From positions 1 through 45,502 of the forward strand of contig CACZRU010000292.1 of NCBI GenBank assembly GCA_902783605.1: a stretch of DNA of 45,502 nucleotides. Direction: 5' to 3'. The notes under the pieces are model-generated. The model saw nothing but the letters and a program-made list of their open reading frames with translations, ran no database searches and was not told where the DNA came from. This stretch comes from an uncultured Lachnospiraceae bacterium (GTDB lineage Bacteria > Bacillota > Clostridia > Lachnospirales > Lachnospiraceae). The position numbers and the translations under genes are program-made. Position 1 is the stretch's first letter, and each line of letters starts with the position of its first letter. This document shows, in pieces, positions 29,061 to 38,928 of the stretch.

Positions 29061-30521
29061 ATGTCGGAAAAGACGCATTCAATCAAGTATAATTTCATAA
29101 TGAATTTTATACTGACTGCAACTAATGTTATATTTCCATTGATAACCTTTCCTTATGTCTCAAGGGTTTTGCAGGCCACAGGAAATGGTAAGGTTTCGTT
29201 TGCAGCTTCGGTAGCTAATTATTTTATGATGGTAGCTTCACTAGGTATCCCAACCTATGGCGTAAGAGCTTGTGCCAGAGTTAGGGACGATAAGAAAGAA
29301 CTATCCAAAACCGTTCAAGAATTATTTATTATAAATTTTGTAGTCACTGCTTTTGTTATAATTACATACTTGATTTTAATTTTTTCTGTACCACGCTTTC
29401 GGGAAGATAGAGTATTATTCCTTATCAACGGGATAAATGTTGTTCTTAATATGTTTGGAATGAATTATGTATATCAAGCATTAGAACAATACGATTATAT
29501 TACAATTAGATCCATATTTTTTAAGTTGATATCGATTGCTTTGATGTTTCTGATGGTGCATCAGCAAAGTGATTATATAATCTATGGTGCGATAACAGTC
29601 TTTGCGGCTGTTGGGTCATATGTATTTAACTTTGTTAGAATAAAAAAGTATATAGACTTTAGATTATATGGTAAATATGATCTAAAAAAACATCTAAAAC
29701 CTATTTTTACACTATTTGCACAGAACCTAGCGGTATCAATATATACAAATCTTGATACCATTATGCTTGGTTTTATGAAAACAGATGCAGATGTAGGTTA
29801 TTATAATGTAGCTGTTAAGATAAGGGGACTTTTATTAAGTTTTGTTGCATCTTTAGGAAATGTTCTTTTTCCAAGAATGTCATATTATGTGAAAAAAAAT
29901 ATGATGGAAGAATTTAAGAAATATATGGTGAAAGCACTAAATTTTGAACTTCTTATGTCTTTGCCGTTGTCCCTTTATTTTGTCCTTTATTCCAAGGAGT
30001 CAATTTTGTTTATGGCGGGTAGTGGTTACGAAGGTGCAATTCTAGCGATGCAGATTATTATCGTGGCTGTTATTCCAAATGGGCTGACAGGTGTTCTAGG
30101 AATACAAGTTCTAACAGCGATGGAAAAAGAAAGATATGTGCTATACTCTGTGATTGTTGGAGCTGTAGTGGATTTTCTTTTAAATCTTGTGTTAATACCA
30201 AATTACGGTGCGGCAGGTGCAGCATTAGCAACTACTATTACAGAGTTTCTTGTGCTTCTTGTTCAGTTTCTATATACAAAAGATCTTCTTTATGAAGTAA
30301 AAAAAGAATTCCGCTGGTATTATTACCTTAGTATTTGTATAATTGCCGGAATCATGGCATATTTAGTAAAGTATTTGAGTTTTCGGACTTTCTTTTCTTT
30401 GGTTATTTCCGCTGCTATATTTTTTGGACTATATGGCTTGGGCCTAGTTGTTGTTAAAGAACCAATTATCATTGATGTGTTTAATGAGATAAAAGGAAAA
30501 ATAAAGAGAGGGAAAGTATAG
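29061..30521 (+). CDS. wzx: Wzx-type flippase #2
   Basis: SIKYNFIMN, FPLITFPYVSRVL, LGIPTYG, IYTNLDTIMLG, VGYY, FPRMS, LNLVLIP.YGAAGAA. Confidence 0.92.
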   Translation: MSEKTHSIKYNFIMNFILTATNVIFPLITFPYVSRVLQATGNGKVSFAASVANYFMMVASLGIPTYGVRACARVRDDKKELSKTVQELFIINFVVTAFVIITYLILIFSVPRFREDRVLFLINGINVVLNMFGMNYVYQALEQYDYITIRSIFFKLISIALMFLMVHQQSDYIIYGAITVFAAVGSYVFNFVRIKKYIDFRLYGKYDLKKHLKPIFTLFAQNLAVSIYTNLDTIMLGFMKTDADVGYYNVAVKIRGLLLSFVASLGNVLFPRMSYYVKKNMMEEFKKYMVKALNFELLMSLPLSLYFVLYSKESILFMAGSGYEGAILAMQIIIVAVIPNGLTGVLGIQVLTAMEKERYVLYSVIVGAVVDFLLNLVLIPNYGAAGAALATTITEFLVLLVQFLYTKDLLYEVKKEFRWYYYLSICIIAGIMAYLVKYLSFRTFFSLVISAAIFFGLYGLGLVVVKEPIIIDVFNEIKGKIKRGKV

Positions 30522-31648
30522 TGTATGATTATTTAATAGTTGGTGCTGGACTATACGGGGCGGTGTGTGCAAGAGAATTAACTGACGCGGGGAAAAAAGT
30601 TCTTGTAATTGACAAACGGCAGCATATCGCAGGAAATGTGTATACTGAAAAAATCGAAGGAATAAATGTACATATCTATGGAGCGCATATCTTCCACACA
30701 AATAATAAGGATGTGTGGTCATATGTTCAACGCTTTGCTGAGTTTAATAGATTCACAAATTCGCCAATTGCAAATTATAAAGGTGAGCTTTACTCTTTAC
30801 CATTTAACATGTATACATTCAATAGGATGTGGGGGATTGTAACTCCGGAAGAGGCGGCTTATAAGATTGAAGAGCAGAAAAGAGCAGTTGGGATTACAAA
30901 ACCAAAGAATCTTGAAGAACAGGCAATAAGCTTAGTGGGGACTGATATATATGAGAAACTTATTAAGGGCTATACAGAGAAACAATGGGGGAGAGAGTGT
31001 AAGGAATTACCTGCTTTTATTATTAAGAGATTACCTGTGCGTTTGACCTACGATAATAACTATTTCAATGCTCTGTATCAGGGGATTCCGATTGGTGGTT
31101 ATACGAAGATGGTTGAGAATATGCTATCTGGTATCGAGGTTCGAACGGGTGTGGACTTTTTTGATAATAAAGATGATTTGACTGAACAGGCTCAAAAGAT
31201 TATCTATACCGGTCCTATTGATGCATATTTCAATTACTGTTTTGGTAATCTTGAATATAGATCTGTTCGCTTCGAGAACGAGACGTGGGATACGCCGAAT
31301 TTCCAAGGAAATGCAGTGATAAATTATACAGATATTGATACTCCGTGGACAAGAATAATTGAACATAAATGGTTTGAATTTGGTAAAGATGAAGAGGGGC
31401 ATAATTTACCGAAGACTGTTATATCAAGAGAGTATAGTTCAGAATGGAAATTGGGTGATGAACCTTATTATCCTGTGAATGATGAGAAGAATAGCAGGCT
31501 ATATGAGAGTTATAGAGAACTTGCAGATATGGAAGGAAAGGTGGTTTTTGGTGGCCGACTAGGTGAATATAAGTACTACGACATGGATCAGGTTATTGAT
31601 GCTGCATTGGATATGGTTGATTCGGAAAGGATAAAGGAAAAACAATAG
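30521..31648 (+). CDS. glf: UDP-galactopyranose mutase
   Basis: YDYLIVGAGLYG, YGAHIFHT, GYTEKQWG, YQGIP, TRIIEHK, EPYYP, GRLGEYKYYDM. Confidence 0.97.
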   Translation: MYDYLIVGAGLYGAVCARELTDAGKKVLVIDKRQHIAGNVYTEKIEGINVHIYGAHIFHTNNKDVWSYVQRFAEFNRFTNSPIANYKGELYSLPFNMYTFNRMWGIVTPEEAAYKIEEQKRAVGITKPKNLEEQAISLVGTDIYEKLIKGYTEKQWGRECKELPAFIIKRLPVRLTYDNNYFNALYQGIPIGGYTKMVENMLSGIEVRTGVDFFDNKDDLTEQAQKIIYTGPIDAYFNYCFGNLEYRSVRFENETWDTPNFQGNAVINYTDIDTPWTRIIEHKWFEFGKDEEGHNLPKTVISREYSSEWKLGDEPYYPVNDEKNSRLYESYRELADMEGKVVFGGRLGEYKYYDMDQVIDAALDMVDSERIKEKQ

Positions 31649-31651
31649 CTC

Positions 31652-33085
31652 ATGTATAAAAAGAATTCAGAGAACTTGATAAAACATATTGATTTTATCA
31701 TTCTCGATATAATTGTATATTGCTTATGTTTTTGGCTGGCATATGTGGTCAGGCATAGAGCTTTTAATATGTTTTCCAAATCGTTATATGTATCATATCT
31801 ATTCATAATAATACTTTTAGATATTTTTGTGGCAGTAGTTACCAGAGCTTATAAAGGGATATTATATAGAGGTTATCTTGTAGAGTTTAGAAATGTACTT
31901 ATACATTCCAGCTTGATATTTGCTGGTTTGGTGTTCTTTTCTTTTTTGCAAAAGGTAACTGGTAGTTTATCCAGAATAGTACTGGTTCTTTTTTATTTAT
32001 TTTCCGTTATTTTGGATTATGCTGTTAGAATTATCAGGAAAAGAGCAATCCTCAGGAAAATTACAAGACATAGGGAGAGGAAAATTCTGTTAGTTTCGAA
32101 TGTAAAGGGGGCAGAAAGGTTTCTTGTTCAGCTAAGTGAAAAGAATATTGTGGATTTTGATATAAAAGGTATCGTTCTTCTGGATGGGAAAGCTGATAGA
32201 GTTAAGAATATCCCCGTGGTATGTCATGACAATGAAGGACTGTTAAGGTATCTGGAAAATCATGTTGTTGATGAGATTATTTTTTCAAGTATTAATGACA
32301 ATCCAAAAGCCAAAAGAATAATTGAAGAATGCGAGATGTCAGGAATGACAGTTCATATTGTGATTGAAGAACTGGGTGGTTTAATGGGAGAAACTGCTAT
32401 TGAAAATATGGCAGGTTTTCAGGTGGTTTCAAGCACAATAAAAATGGTTTCAGGAAGCGATATATTATTAAAAAGGATAATAGATATCTTTGGGGCATTG
32501 ATTGGACTTCTGATTACCGGAATAGCATTCATAATTGTTGCTCCTATAATATTTATAACTGATCCAGGACCTGTTATCTTTTCTCAGAAAAGAATTGGAA
32601 AAAATGGAAGAGTTTTCAAAATATATAAGTTTAGAAGTATGTATAAGAATGCAGAAGAAAAAAAGAAAGAATTATTAGAACATAATGAAATGCAGGGGCT
32701 TATGTTCAAAATGGAAAATGATCCTCGAATACTTGGCTCTGGTAAGGATGGAACGAAAAAAGGTATTGGTTTCTTTATTCGAACTTATTCAATAGATGAG
32801 TTGCCACAGTTCTGGAATATACTTAAGGGAGATATGTCTTTTGTGGGAACAAGACCACCAACACTTGATGAATGGCAGCAATATGAAAATTATCATAGGA
32901 TTCGTATGAGAATAAAACCTGGATTAACCGGCCTTTGGCAGGTTAGTGGAAGAAGCGATATCACTGATTTTGAAGAGGTGGTAAGACTAGATTCGGAATA
33001 TATTAGAAATTGGAGTGTTTGGGAGGATATAAAAATTATCTTCCAGACATTTAGCGTTGTAATAAAGAAAAGTGGAGCAAAATAA
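31652..33085 (+). CDS. Priming undecaprenyl-phosphate hexose-1-phosphate transferase (CpsE/WcaJ-like)
   Basis: N-terminal hydrophobic segments, then KRIIDI, YKFRSM, DPR, SIDELPQFWNILKGDMSFVGTRP, KPGLTGLWQVSGRS. Confidence 0.95.
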   Translation: MYKKNSENLIKHIDFIILDIIVYCLCFWLAYVVRHRAFNMFSKSLYVSYLFIIILLDIFVAVVTRAYKGILYRGYLVEFRNVLIHSSLIFAGLVFFSFLQKVTGSLSRIVLVLFYLFSVILDYAVRIIRKRAILRKITRHRERKILLVSNVKGAERFLVQLSEKNIVDFDIKGIVLLDGKADRVKNIPVVCHDNEGLLRYLENHVVDEIIFSSINDNPKAKRIIEECEMSGMTVHIVIEELGGLMGETAIENMAGFQVVSSTIKMVSGSDILLKRIIDIFGALIGLLITGIAFIIVAPIIFITDPGPVIFSQKRIGKNGRVFKIYKFRSMYKNAEEKKKELLEHNEMQGLMFKMENDPRILGSGKDGTKKGIGFFIRTYSIDELPQFWNILKGDMSFVGTRPPTLDEWQQYENYHRIRMRIKPGLTGLWQVSGRSDITDFEEVVRLDSEYIRNWSVWEDIKIIFQTFSVVIKKSGAK

Positions 33086-33088
33086 AGC

Positions 33089-34309
33089 ATGCGGCATATA
33101 TTTATAATTGGTGCAAAGTCAATAGGACAATATGGTGGATATGAGTCGTTTCTTGATAAGCTGACTGAGCAGCATAAGACAGAGCGGGGCATTCAGTATT
33201 ATATAGTAACTAAATCCAATGGTGATGGCTGCATGGATGAAACAAAACTAACAAATGTTTCATGTGTAAGGAGATCAAAAGATGGAAAAGTTATCAGCTT
33301 CAAATATAATAATGCAAATGTGTTAAAGCTTAGTGTTCCACAAATAGGGGTCGGTCAGGCAGTTATACATGACATACGAGCTATGAAGTGGTGCATTAGT
33401 TATATAAAAAGACATCATATAAAAAATCCTATTATATATGTTCTTGCTTGTAGAATCGGGCCATTTTTTAAATCATTAACTGCGAAAGCTCATGATTTGG
33501 GAGTAAAGATATATGTCAATCCAGATGGACATGAGTGGAAGAGATCAAAGTGGTCTATGCCGGTGAGAAAATATTGGAAGGAATCAGAAAGATTAATGGT
33601 GAAATATTCAGATTTATTAATATGCGATTCCATTAATATGAAAAAATATATTGATACAGAATATAAAAAATATTCTCCTAATTCTATATATATTTCTTAT
33701 GGGGCAGATGTTGAGAAAAGTATAATAAAGGATGATGATCCAGAGTTTGTTGAATGGCTAATTAGTCATAATCTTAGGACTAAGGATTATTATATGTGCT
33801 GTGGAAGATTTGTTCCAGAGAATAATTATGAAGTTATGATTCGTGAGTTTATGAAAAGTAAAACTGAAAAAGATTTTGTAATCATAACAACTCAGAATGA
33901 AAAATATGCAGATTATCTTGAAGAAAAATATCACTGGAAAAGAGATAAGAGAATTAAGTTTGTTGGAACGGTTTATGATAAAGAACTATTAAAGAAAATT
34001 CGTGAAAATGCATATGCAAATATACATGGTCATACTGTTGGGGGAACAAATCCAAGTCTTTTGGAAGCGTTAGCATCCACAGATTTAAATCTTCTTGTAG
34101 ATGTAAGCTTTAATCGAGAGGTTGCTGAGGATGCATCGTATTATTGGGAGTGTGATGAAGGTTATTTATCAAGATTAATTGATAGGTGTGAGAAGATGAG
34201 CCAGGACAATGTTTATAAATTGGGGAAAATGGCTAAGCAAAGAATTATAGATTCATACAGCTGGAATTTTATAGGTGATGAATATAAGAAATTGTGGAAT
34301 AAAAAATAA
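33089..34309 (+). CDS. GT4 DUF1972 rhamnosyltransferase (WchF/Cps2T/RgpA-like)
   Basis: HIFIIGAKS..YGGYESF, NPDGHEWKRSKW, GRFVPENN, HGHTVGGTNPSLLEA. It follows the priming transferase, as wchF does in pneumococcal cps loci. Confidence 0.9.
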   Translation: MRHIFIIGAKSIGQYGGYESFLDKLTEQHKTERGIQYYIVTKSNGDGCMDETKLTNVSCVRRSKDGKVISFKYNNANVLKLSVPQIGVGQAVIHDIRAMKWCISYIKRHHIKNPIIYVLACRIGPFFKSLTAKAHDLGVKIYVNPDGHEWKRSKWSMPVRKYWKESERLMVKYSDLLICDSINMKKYIDTEYKKYSPNSIYISYGADVEKSIIKDDDPEFVEWLISHNLRTKDYYMCCGRFVPENNYEVMIREFMKSKTEKDFVIITTQNEKYADYLEEKYHWKRDKRIKFVGTVYDKELLKKIRENAYANIHGHTVGGTNPSLLEALASTDLNLLVDVSFNREVAEDASYYWECDEGYLSRLIDRCEKMSQDNVYKLGKMAKQRIIDSYSWNFIGDEYKKLWNKK

Positions 34310-34315
34310 TTATTT

Positions 34316-35605
34316 ATGACTGACAAGGTGGCTGTAGCGAATCGTAAATCGAGAGGAATAGGGAATCCTGTGAGAGTTTTATTGGTTAATAAATTCTTAT
34401 TTCCAAATGGCGGTACTGAAACATATACACTTAAGTTGGGTGAATACTTGATTTCGCAAGGACATGAAGTACAGTATTTTGGAATGGAGCACGAAAATCG
34501 AATAGTTGGAAATAAAGCAAATTCATATACATCCTATATGGATTTTCATGATGGTAATATACTATCAAAGGCTACATATCCAATAAGAGTTATATATAGT
34601 GTTGAGGCAAGAAAAAAAATCAGAAAAGTATTGGATAGTTTTAAGCCTGATGTGGTTCATCTAAATTTATTTAATTATCAATTGACCCCCTCAATAATTC
34701 TTGAAGTGGTAAAGTGGAGAAAAATGACTAAGAGGGCCTGCCGTATTATTTACACATCTCATGATTATCAATTGTTATGTCCCAATCATATGTTATTTAA
34801 TCCAAAGACAAGAAAGCTATGTGAAAAATGTATAGGTGGAAAGTATATTAATTGCATTAATAATAAGTGTATACATGGCTCAAGAGCAAAAAGCTTAGTG
34901 GGAACTGCGGAAGCTATGTATTGGAAAACAAGATTTGTTTATAAGTATATCGATACTATTATCTGTTGTTCTGAATTTATGAAATCTAAAATGGATCTTA
35001 ATCCATTTTTCAAAGAAAAGACAGTGGCTTTACTCAATTTCGTGGATGATTATGATTTGAATATAGAAAAAAATTTAGATGAGAAAAAAAATTATGTTAT
35101 TTATTTTGGACGATATTCATCGGAGAAAGGACTGGGAACCTTAGTTAAGGCATGTAAGAGGCTTCCTGATATATCTTTTATATTTGTCGGGGGAGGACCT
35201 CTGGAGAGCAAGTTGAATGAAAAAATAAAAAATATACCCAATATTGAAAATGTTGGATTTAAGAGTGGCAAGGAGCTAGAGACTCTTATAAGAGAAGCAA
35301 GGTTTTCAGTATGTCCTTCAGAATGGTATGAAAACTGTCCGTTTTCTGTTATAGAGAGCATTATGTATGGAACTCCAGTTTTGGGAACCCGAATAGGTGG
35401 GATTCCAGAACTTATTCAAGAAGGTGTAACGGGTGAGTTGTTTACTCCAGGGGATACAAGGGAATTAATAGAAAAGATTCGAAACTTGTGGAATCATCAT
35501 GAGGTTACAGATTTATATAGTTCAAATTGTGGAAATGATAAATTTGATAATCTCGGAAATTATTGTAATAAATTACTGAAAATATATGAGGGAAAAAATG
35601 TTTAA
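34316..35605 (+). CDS. GT4 glycosyltransferase
   Basis: GGTETY, PDVVH, HDYQLLCP, GRYSSEKG, PSEWYENCPFSVIES, GGIPEL. Confidence 0.92.
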   Translation: MTDKVAVANRKSRGIGNPVRVLLVNKFLFPNGGTETYTLKLGEYLISQGHEVQYFGMEHENRIVGNKANSYTSYMDFHDGNILSKATYPIRVIYSVEARKKIRKVLDSFKPDVVHLNLFNYQLTPSIILEVVKWRKMTKRACRIIYTSHDYQLLCPNHMLFNPKTRKLCEKCIGGKYINCINNKCIHGSRAKSLVGTAEAMYWKTRFVYKYIDTIICCSEFMKSKMDLNPFFKEKTVALLNFVDDYDLNIEKNLDEKKNYVIYFGRYSSEKGLGTLVKACKRLPDISFIFVGGGPLESKLNEKIKNIPNIENVGFKSGKELETLIREARFSVCPSEWYENCPFSVIESIMYGTPVLGTRIGGIPELIQEGVTGELFTPGDTRELIEKIRNLWNHHEVTDLYSSNCGNDKFDNLGNYCNKLLKIYEGKNV

Positions 35606-36620
35606 CATAGTGTTATCTGATGGTGATTATGATGAGATGGTTCCATTTATGAAGGGGCTTAATGCGTCTTCTGACGATATTTCATATAGATTAATAATCC
35701 ATACGGCTAATTGGGGGAGAACTGGAAAATGGAGTGAAGTAAGAAGGTATCTAAAGTATTTTATTATTCCATTGAAGTATTTTGTATTTAGAAAGAAATA
35801 TGATATAGTTATCGGCTGGCAGCAGTTTTATGCTCTACTTTTTAGCTTTTATTGTGTTATGTTTCGGGTGAAAAAAACTAATAGAATTGTCGTCTTGAAT
35901 TATACATATAAAGAAAAGAAAGGAATCTTGTCGAGACCTTATAAATGGTTTATGCGTAAATGTACTAATACAAAATACTTGGACTATATTCATGTTAATT
36001 CGTGCGAATATGCAGACTATGTTAGTAGAGAATTTAACTATCCAAGAGAAAGAATCGTAGCGGTTCCTTTTGGGGTGATGGATGAATATAGAAGATGGGC
36101 AAAAGTGGATAGACCAGAGGGATTTGAAGATAAGGAATATTTCCTGTCAATTGGAAGATCTAATCGTGATTATGACTTTTTGATAGATTCATGGAAGGGG
36201 ATAGATTATCCTCTTGTGATCATATCTGATACATATGTAAATAGAACCAATAATCCAAATATAATAATAAAGAATGATATAACTGGCGAGGAACAGTATC
36301 CTTGGATTGCAAATTGCAAGGCGGTTATTATTCCAATAGAAAATGCACATATCAGTTCAGGAGATACAGTGTTATTATCATCGATGTCTTTAAAGAAAAT
36401 AGTACTTGTGAGTGATCCTAGTACATTGTCTGAGATGTACATAAAAAGTGGGGAAAATGGACTAGCGTTTACAAAGGATAAGGATTCATTTAAGAAGCTG
36501 GTTTTAGAGGCTATTCAAGGAAAGTATGATTATATCTGCGAAAATGCAAGAATCTGTTTCCTCGAAAAATATACGCGAGAACAGATGGCAAAATCTATAG
36601 CTGAAGGGATTAATTTCTGA
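35598..36620 (+). CDS. GT4-like (GT-B) glycosyltransferase
   Basis: SIGRSNRDYDFL, SSGDTVLL, ENG. The ORF is open from 35586; ATG 35598 follows GAGGG. Confidence 0.75.
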   Translation: MFNIVLSDGDYDEMVPFMKGLNASSDDISYRLIIHTANWGRTGKWSEVRRYLKYFIIPLKYFVFRKKYDIVIGWQQFYALLFSFYCVMFRVKKTNRIVVLNYTYKEKKGILSRPYKWFMRKCTNTKYLDYIHVNSCEYADYVSREFNYPRERIVAVPFGVMDEYRRWAKVDRPEGFEDKEYFLSIGRSNRDYDFLIDSWKGIDYPLVIISDTYVNRTNNPNIIIKNDITGEEQYPWIANCKAVIIPIENAHISSGDTVLLSSMSLKKIVLVSDPSTLSEMYIKSGENGLAFTKDKDSFKKLVLEAIQGKYDYICENARICFLEKYTREQMAKSIAEGINF

Positions 36621-36654
36621 AAGAATAAATTTCTAAAGGAATAAATCTCTGAAA
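36608..36654 (+). repeat. Three imperfect 15-16-bp tandem repeats spanning a stop codon
   Basis: GATTAATTTCTGAAA / GAATAAATTTCTAAAG / GAATAAATCTCTGAAA. Confidence 0.6.
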
Positions 36655-36677
36655 AAGCATGATTCGGGAGTGGCTGT

Positions 36678-37724
36678 ATGGATGTTTCGATAATTATTCC
36701 AATTTACAATACTGATCTATATAAGCTAAAAAGGTGTATCTTTTCTGTTGCCAAATTGATTAAAACATCAAATAAACAGATTGAATGTATTCTTGTTGAT
36801 GACGGATCAGATGATTTTATTGAAAAAAATATAAAACAAATAATAAGAAAAGCAGGACTATATCAAAATAGGTTTGTGTATTTTAAAAAGCAAAATGGTG
36901 GAGCGGGTTCTGCCAGAAATTATGGACTGACATTTGCTAAAGGTGATTATATATTATTTGTTGATGCGGATGATGTCGTAATTCCCCAAAAGACTGCGGA
37001 AATGCTGAAATATGGTGATAAGAAACAATTTGATATTTTATTATCAGATTTGCTTTATAAAAAGAAGGATAAAAAATCTGTTTGGAAGGTATTTCCTCAT
37101 GGCGTTCAAAGAGAGAATATAAACTTAGACATAAAAGATATCTTATTTGTACTTTCAAAAAGTGAAAAGATAAATGGGCCGGTTTGTAAGCTTATAAGGA
37201 CAGAGTTTCTTAGGGAATATAATTGCTGTTTTCCTGAGAATATGATTCTTGGAGAAGATGCAGTATTTTTATTCAGCCTACTTAGACATAGTCCTAAGCT
37301 TCTTTACTATAACTGTCCAACTTATGTATATAATTTTGAGGATTCAAGCTTAATAAATAAATTAATTAAACATTCGGACCATGTTATAGATGATTCTATC
37401 CATATGTATGAGGATTATATGCAATTATTATCTACCTCGGAAATAGATAAAAGTCTTAAGAAAGGATGCTCCCAAAATAGAACTGATATGTATATTAACT
37501 GTCTTTTTAATCTAAAATTAGAACTTGGTATATATAATGTATTGTCAGATAGGATAGAAAAAAAGCTTATATATGCAGTGAAAAAAACTGACAAGTATTG
37601 TAATGGGGGAGCGGGTGATCTAAAAAATATTTTTAGAAAATGGTTTATTGTCAGAAATAATAAGGTGCTATGTAAGGCGCTTGTGGCGTTAAAAAAGACC
37701 ATACGAAAAATTAAGTATTTATAA
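36678..37724 (+). CDS. GT2 glycosyltransferase
   Basis: VSIIIPIYN, VDDGS, NGGAGSARNYGL, FVDADD, GEDA. Confidence 0.9.
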   Translation: MDVSIIIPIYNTDLYKLKRCIFSVAKLIKTSNKQIECILVDDGSDDFIEKNIKQIIRKAGLYQNRFVYFKKQNGGAGSARNYGLTFAKGDYILFVDADDVVIPQKTAEMLKYGDKKQFDILLSDLLYKKKDKKSVWKVFPHGVQRENINLDIKDILFVLSKSEKINGPVCKLIRTEFLREYNCCFPENMILGEDAVFLFSLLRHSPKLLYYNCPTYVYNFEDSSLINKLIKHSDHVIDDSIHMYEDYMQLLSTSEIDKSLKKGCSQNRTDMYINCLFNLKLELGIYNVLSDRIEKKLIYAVKKTDKYCNGGAGDLKNIFRKWFIVRNNKVLCKALVALKKTIRKIKYL

Positions 37725-37776
37725 TAGGACTTTGCTGTGATTAGGTAAAATGGATATTGTAAATAAACAATGAAAC

Positions 37777-37836
37777 GAAAACAGAAATAAAAACAGAAAT
37801 GAAAGCAGAAATGAAAGCAGAATTGAAAACGGAAAT
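37777..37836 (+). repeat. Five 12-bp tandem repeats overlapping the GT2 start region
   Basis: GAAAACAGAAAT AAAAACAGAAAT GAAAGCAGAAAT GAAAGCAGAATT GAAAACGGAAAT. Confidence 0.8.
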
Positions 37837-38788
37837 GAATAAAGTTTTATCAATTTCTATTGCGGCATATAATGTTGAGAATTATCTAAAAAAAACATTA
37901 GATAGTTTAGTTGCTCCAGAAATATTAGATGATTATGAGGTGTTAATTATTGATGATGGTAGTGTAGACAGGACATCAGAGATAGCACAGAAATATTGCC
38001 AAAAATATCCTAAAACATTTAGATATATTCAAAAAGAAAATGGTGGTTGGGGATCTACAGTAAATAGAGGAATAGCTGAAGCCTCAGGAAAATATTTCAA
38101 ATTATTAGATGGTGATGATTATTTTGATAATCTTCCGGAATATATCGAATTACTAAAGAGTATAGATGTCGATATTGTTAATACCAGGTATGCAGCATTT
38201 TATGAGGATACCAATGAACTTGAACATATGGAGTATTTAGATAATATTCCTTTGAATAAAATAGTTGATATAAAGTCAGAATATTTTACAGACTCTTTCG
38301 CAATGCATTCATGTACTTTTAAAACATCTATAATAAAAGATAAATATGAGATTACGGAACATTGTTTTTATACAGATGTTGAATATGTACTCAAATCAAT
38401 GCTATACGTAAAAACTGGTTTTTTTAGTCCTCTTGAAGTATATTATTACAGGTTAGGGAGAAAAGGCCAAAGTGTTAGCTTGGCGGGACAAAGAAAGCAT
38501 TACAAAGAGCATTACTATGTTTTGATGAACCTGCTAAAAATTTATGACTCTCTCGAGGAAGAATCATTGTATAAAGCGATATTTAGGTCTAGATTAGTTG
38601 GAATGGTTAATATGCAATATGGTATGTACCTATCGCTTGAACCAACAAAAGATCACTTAACAGAATTGAAAACATTTGATAAGAAAATTAAGGAGTCGTA
38701 TAGAGAATTCTATAAAGTTAATCGCAAAAGAATTAAGGTGTTTAGATTGTTGGGCGACTGGAGTTATAGATTTCTTGTGTACCGCTAA
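37799..38788 (+). CDS. GT2 glycosyltransferase
   Basis: LSISIAAYNVE, IDDGS, KENGGWGS, LLDGDD, FYTDVEY, YRLGR.GQSVS. In-frame ATGs at 37799, 37811 and 37835. Confidence 0.9.
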   Translation: MKAEMKAELKTEMNKVLSISIAAYNVENYLKKTLDSLVAPEILDDYEVLIIDDGSVDRTSEIAQKYCQKYPKTFRYIQKENGGWGSTVNRGIAEASGKYFKLLDGDDYFDNLPEYIELLKSIDVDIVNTRYAAFYEDTNELEHMEYLDNIPLNKIVDIKSEYFTDSFAMHSCTFKTSIIKDKYEITEHCFYTDVEYVLKSMLYVKTGFFSPLEVYYYRLGRKGQSVSLAGQRKHYKEHYYVLMNLLKIYDSLEEESLYKAIFRSRLVGMVNMQYGMYLSLEPTKDHLTELKTFDKKIKESYREFYKVNRKRIKVFRLLGDWSYRFLVYR

Positions 38789-38928
38789 TTTGGGCAGGAT
38801 AATTAATCTGGGTAAGAAAAATTATATTAGCGTTATTAGTAGAATGGTGCTAGAATGCTGATGTTAATCTTTTAGTGAATTAAAGGTTAAGTTCTATAAG
38901 GGGAGTATTTTTATAGAAAGGTAACACC

